From Octopus sinensis (Eukaryota): a stretch of DNA of 14,049 bases. Where the stretch lies: assembly GCF_006345805.1 (NCBI RefSeq), contig NW_021825703.1, positions 1 to 14,049 of the forward strand. Reading direction: 5' to 3'. The position numbers and the translations under genes are program-made. A model generated the notes under the pieces. The model had not been told where the DNA came from. It saw only the letters and a list, made by a program, of their open reading frames with translations, and made no database searches. Position 1 is the first letter of the stretch, and every line of letters begins with the position of its first letter. Positions 9,902 through 14,049 of this stretch are shown piece by piece.

Positions 9902-11483
9902 CAAATTAGTCTTGGGACACTTGTATATTTTTAATAAAATTTTCTTTTTTTAAACATACCTGTTTTTATCTCATTTTTTCCAAAGGCTAAAAAATTAAAC
10001 AAAGTTTTTTACATAATAAAACATTTAAAAATAATCCAAAGAAAATTTTATTTTAAAAAAATTTTGACATTTTAAACAAACAGTCACAAAATCAAATGCT
10101 AATTAGTCTTGGGACAAATTACTTAATACTTTGTAAAGTATCCGTTATTCTCCAAAACTGCATTTAAGCGATTTTTATAATTGTTAACAAGCTTCTTACA
10201 AGTTTCAACAGGAATTTTATTCCATTCTTCAAAACAAAATGATTTTAATTCCGCGATATTTTTTGGATTATGCGCCCATACTTTGGCTTTTAATTCTTTC
10301 CAAAAGTTTTCAATCGGATTAAGATCTGGGGACTGACTTGGCCATTCAAGGGTATCAATCAAATGTTCTTCTAGCCATTTTTGAGTTTTTTTTGCGGTGT
10401 GCTTTGGATCATTGTCTTGTTGAAATGTCCAATTTCCTGCAATACCACATTTCTCAATTGACGAAAATAGATTTTTTTCCAAAATATCACAGTATTTAGA
10501 AGCATTCAATATTCCGTCAATCACATGAAGTTCTCCAACGCCCCAAGAAGAAAAACACCCCCATAGCATAATACTGCCACCTCCATGTTTAACTGTTGGT
10601 ATGGTATTTTTTGGCCGATATTCATCCTTCGATTTACGCCACACGTAGCTTGTATAATTGTGTCCAAATATTTCTATCTTTGTTTTATCCGACCAAATAA
10701 TATTATTTAGAAAGTCGTCGTCTTTAAGTAAATTTTTTTTGGCATATTTTAGCCGTGCATGGACGTGTTTTTTAGTAACCAGCGGAACTTTACGTGGACG
10801 ACATTTATGGAACCCTTCTTTTCTTAGGGCATTTGTAACAGTCTGTGAGCATACTGGTGTTCCTATCTCACCCAAGTAAGTAGAGAGTTGTTTACGAGAT
10901 AATCTCGGATTATCAAGCACTTTTCGTCTAATTATGGAAATTGATCGAGATGATATTTTTTGGTTGTCCTGATCTTGGCTTATTTTTGGTAGTTTTAAAT
11001 AATTTCGATTTATTGATAATGTTTAATACTGTACTCTTCGGAATATGAACACTTTCGGAAATTTTTAGGATTTCCTGCATTATATTCAAGAAGTATAAGT
11101 TTTTTTTTATTTCTTCTGAATGTTTCTTTCGCTTAAGCATGTACAAAATATTAATCGCAAATAATGCTAATAATCAGTTAAATATACGAATTAATCCGGA
11201 ATTAGTATAATTTCGTTTAGATCAATTCAATTATTTTATCAAAAAGTAAATAAATAACTAACTGTCCCAAGACTAATTGGAACATGATATTCTATCTGTT
11301 GGAAATAAATGTGAAATTTTTCTATAAATAAAACGAATTTTGTAATTTTTTATGATCTAGGATGTAAAGAAAACTAGGAGCACTATTATACTATTGGAAA
11401 AAATTAAATAAAAACAGCTATGTTAACGAAAATAAAATTTTATTAAAAATAAACAAGTGTCCCAAGACTAATTTGACCCACTG
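9902..11483 (-). mobile_element. Tc1-family transposon with IR/DR-type long imperfect TIRs
   Basis: Perfect 16-mer AATTAGTCTTGGGACA at 9904 and 10101, and its reverse complement at 11263 and 11458. The right end is CACTG|TA (11483); TA also flanks the left end at 9900-9901. Confidence 0.95.
10123..11140 (-). pseudogene. Tc1 DD34E transposase with frameshifts in the N-terminal DNA-binding region
   Basis: IIWSD, KHGGGSIMLWGCF, FQQDNDPKH..SPDLNPIENFW with 34 residues between D and E. The PRSGQP linker is in another frame. Frameshifts occur at T-runs 10956-10961 and 11100-11108 and near 11065. Confidence 0.93.
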
Positions 11484-11684
11484 TACTACTAAGCAAGCAC
11501 AAAGAATTATCACAAGAAAATGATGAGCAAATAATTATGTTTTCAATTTTAACCAGAAGATATTCTTTATTTGACTGTCGCGTTGAACTGAGGCATATTT
11601 ATTTTTCAGTAAAATGTGAATATTTCCTGTTGCTTTTATTGATGATGAAACCCGGAGTATATAACGACATAAAATTTTATCTAT

Positions 11685-11771
11685 CATCTGCTGAACACGT
11701 GATCATGGCCTGGTTTGCTAGAATTTCCTTTAATTTATCACGTGAAAAGCGCATCAGGTTGACTATAAAAG
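11685..11771 (+). promoter_or_regulatory. Putative KLF promoter: E-boxes plus TATA box
   Basis: CATCTG-N5-CACGTG (11685-11701), a second CACGTG (11739-11744), and TATAAAAG (11764-11771) 61 nt upstream of the proposed ATG. Confidence 0.5.
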
Positions 11772-11824
11772 CGATGTGCCTAACATTTATCGAAAATGTT
11801 ATTCGGTCGTATATAAAAAGCATC

Positions 11825-12453
11825 ATGGTTTTAGATCGAGATGTCCTTGTGGCTGCAGAATATCTCTTCTTAATGAACAAATCCGTAAATCATCGATTAA
11901 ATTCTTATTTTTTTAATAACAATTTTGTTTATCAAAATTTCGCAACAAAGGTAGAACGAATAATTTTTACTGGCAGACAAAGAAATGTCCGGAGTCTAAC
12001 AATAGCTTCAGCATAGAGAGCATATTGGGAACTAATTCGGACATTTCCTCTGTGTACTCTTCTGATACTGAGCCACCCAATCCGCTCATTTTGGCTCCTT
12101 TTGAACACAAAACAGTCAATCAAGAAACTCAGGGAGAAAATATGAGAGTTCGAAAATTCGTATGTCATTACGAAAACTGTGGAAAGGCCTATTTTAAAAA
12201 TTCTCACTTAAAAACTCATTATCGGAAGCACACAGGTGAGAAATCCAAAATAACAACTTTAGGGGAGAAACCATACAAATGCAATTTTGAAAATTGTAGC
12301 AAATGTTTCTCGCGCTCAGATGAGCTGGGGAGACACCGCCGCATGCATACGGGAGAGAGGAACTACACGTGTCCTTACTGTCAGTTGAAATACATTCGTT
12401 CTGACCATTTATCCAAACACGTCCAAAACAAACACAAAAAACAGAAAAATTAA
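11825..12453 (+). CDS. KLF10/11: KLF10/11 (TIEG/cabut)-like Kruppel-like factor, join(11825..11950,11977..12235,12263..12453), 191 aa
   Basis: Three C2H2 fingers with KLF signatures (CGKAYFKNSHLKTH, FSRSDELGRHRRMHTGE, RSDHLSKH). YFK.SHLK is typical of the KLF10/11 subgroup. Removing the GT-AG intron 12236-12262 restores the HTGEKP linker. Exon 1 and intron 1 are inferred and less certain than the fingers. Confidence 0.85.
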
Positions 12454-13547
12454 ATAAGAACTTCATATATTCCATTTATATAAAGCATTTTACATTTTCT
12501 TATAATTTTAATCACGTAAACACTGATTTGAGCGCGTGAAAATTCTTGGGCGGGTATGTGGTTAGCCTCATGGGTGGTTCCCGATATAGTTTTAATTATT
12601 TGTTTTTATTTAATGACAATTTTCCGACTCAACACATTCAAATGACGTGGATTTTCATACTTGGTGAGACTCACCCTATGAAAGAAAAGTAATCAACGTG
12701 GATTACCAACCTAATTTGTTAGATTACTCGAAATGATTATGTTTATACCCTATTTGGGTTAATGCAATTAAAATTAATTTTTAGCATCGTGATGCACACG
12801 TGTGCTCGGTGGTATAGATGTCATAAATGAATAAGTAAACTGTTCGATAGCTCATTGAATCTTGGATTATTCACAATTTTCAATGAGAAGAAATAAGTTT
12901 CTTATAATAAACAAAGATTAGTTTTTCCATCTTTGCTCGAACACGTCTCTTACACCGACAGTACGCACCAAAGGGAGTCTTGTCTTTGACTCCATTGCTT
13001 ATATCATTAAATTTCTCAGTTCGGCCTTTCCAGAGACTATCTAAGAAGCGATTTTTTCAGTTCTCATTGGACTAAACTCACAAATAGAGAGGTTTTCTCC
13101 AATGACTCTGCAAATTAGGTAAAATATGGTACGATTGATGTAACTGTCTACGTTGTCACCCAAGAGAGATAAAAGAGAAATGCCTACTAAATATCTCTTT
13201 CATTCCGAACAGTTCTTTTAGGAGGTAGTAAGGATAGGCCATTTATTTCGGATAGCTCTTTGCAAAAACTGGTAAATTTAACCCAACGACTGTTTAATAT
13301 TTATTTAACCAATAAAATATTTGGTGAGGTTATGCCGTGCCCCGTACAACGGTCAAGAAAAATGTATAGAAAGCCAAAGATTTAGGAAAATATGCTTGCC
13401 CTAATTCAGAATGGCGAAACATGATGTCAAACAGGTAATCTCCAATTTTAGTCATGGTATAAATCTCGACGTATAAGCAATAGATTTTAATTATTTTTTC
13501 ATTTTTTATTAATTTAAGTTAATTTTAATGGGATTGTTTAAATTTAA

Positions 13548-13880
13548 ATGGGTTTGTCTATTGTTGATGCGGCCGCAGTCAAGTCTGATGAGCAAATAAT
13601 GCAGGAATATAACCGGTTTTCGTCTCTAAACAGGCTCTTCGGCGATAATATAGAAGAGTGTGTAATTTGGTGCGCAGAGAGGCGGTTGATCTCTAACACA
13701 ATGAAATGCGTTCGCTGTAAAGTAAAACCTATATTCTCAAAAATAGAGACGCTGTCGTTTATCTAAGTCAAAAAGAAACGTGGACAACGCAATTTGGTTA
13801 TGCATTCCATGCAAAACTTCTCGAAGTATAAGAACGAACAGCTGGTTTTCCAGTAAGTCATCCTTAAACTACAGTCCCGT
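13548..13880 (+). pseudogene. Merlin/IS1595-like transposase N-terminal (zinc-ribbon) fragment
   Basis: CVIWCAERRLISNTMKCVRC, then after frameshifts IWLCIPCKTSRSIRTNSWFS, resembling the Merlin C..C / W.C..C..SIR..SFF pattern. No catalytic domain or TIR was found. Confidence 0.6.
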
Positions 13881-14049
13881 GCAATGAAAAGAGGCCACCT
13901 AAAGAATATTTCTAAAAATAGAAATACTCGAAAATTAAAGTATGAAATTTTCTAAAAAATTCAGCAAACTCTTTTTCTTCGTCTTAATTATCCATAAAAA
14001 ACTAAATATAAAAGTTATTTTTCATTATAATGCCAATTTTATTTAATTT

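Noticed and set aside
10658-10879. Short antisense ORFs (also 506-784, 516-716, 1289-1486, 6009-6209, 11677-11880, 11932-12207, 12194-12475)
   Set aside because: They are shadows of real coding or TE sequence on the opposite strand.
11537-12016. 159-aa ORF as an independent gene
   Set aside because: Only 11825-11950 looks meaningful (KLF exon 1). The rest has no recognisable motif and overlaps the putative promoter.
12620-13300. Possible very decayed minus-strand Merlin transposase (FCKEL, IPPSTRVHHD, QIGYKH)
   Set aside because: Motifs are scattered across frames and could be chance; a profile-HMM search would be needed.

Overview
AT-rich eukaryotic DNA, most likely from an animal, made up almost entirely of nested and mostly decayed transposons around one host gene. 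From left to right it contains: a pogo/Tigger element (~271-4572, minus) with a non-autonomous Helitron (382-3370) inserted in it; a second decayed pogo/Tigger element (to 6790) interrupted by a 5'-truncated CRE-type retrotransposon; two RTE/RTEX-like RT remnants; a near-complete IR/DR-type Tc1 element (9902-11483); the host gene; and a Merlin/IS1595-like fragment. The Helitron carries a microsatellite, a ~94-bp satellite array and a duplicated helicase/3' end. The host gene is a compact KLF10/11 (cabut/TIEG)-like zinc-finger gene, modelled as join(11825..11950,11977..12235,12263..12453), with 26- and 27-nt introns, a Sin3-interaction-like motif, an eh1-like motif and an E-box/ChoRE-like promoter. 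All family calls are by-eye motif recognition with no database search. Many 1-nt indels sit in homopolymers and may be sequencing errors. I see no clearly new multi-gene system; the KLF locus and the nested Helitron are the most interesting parts.
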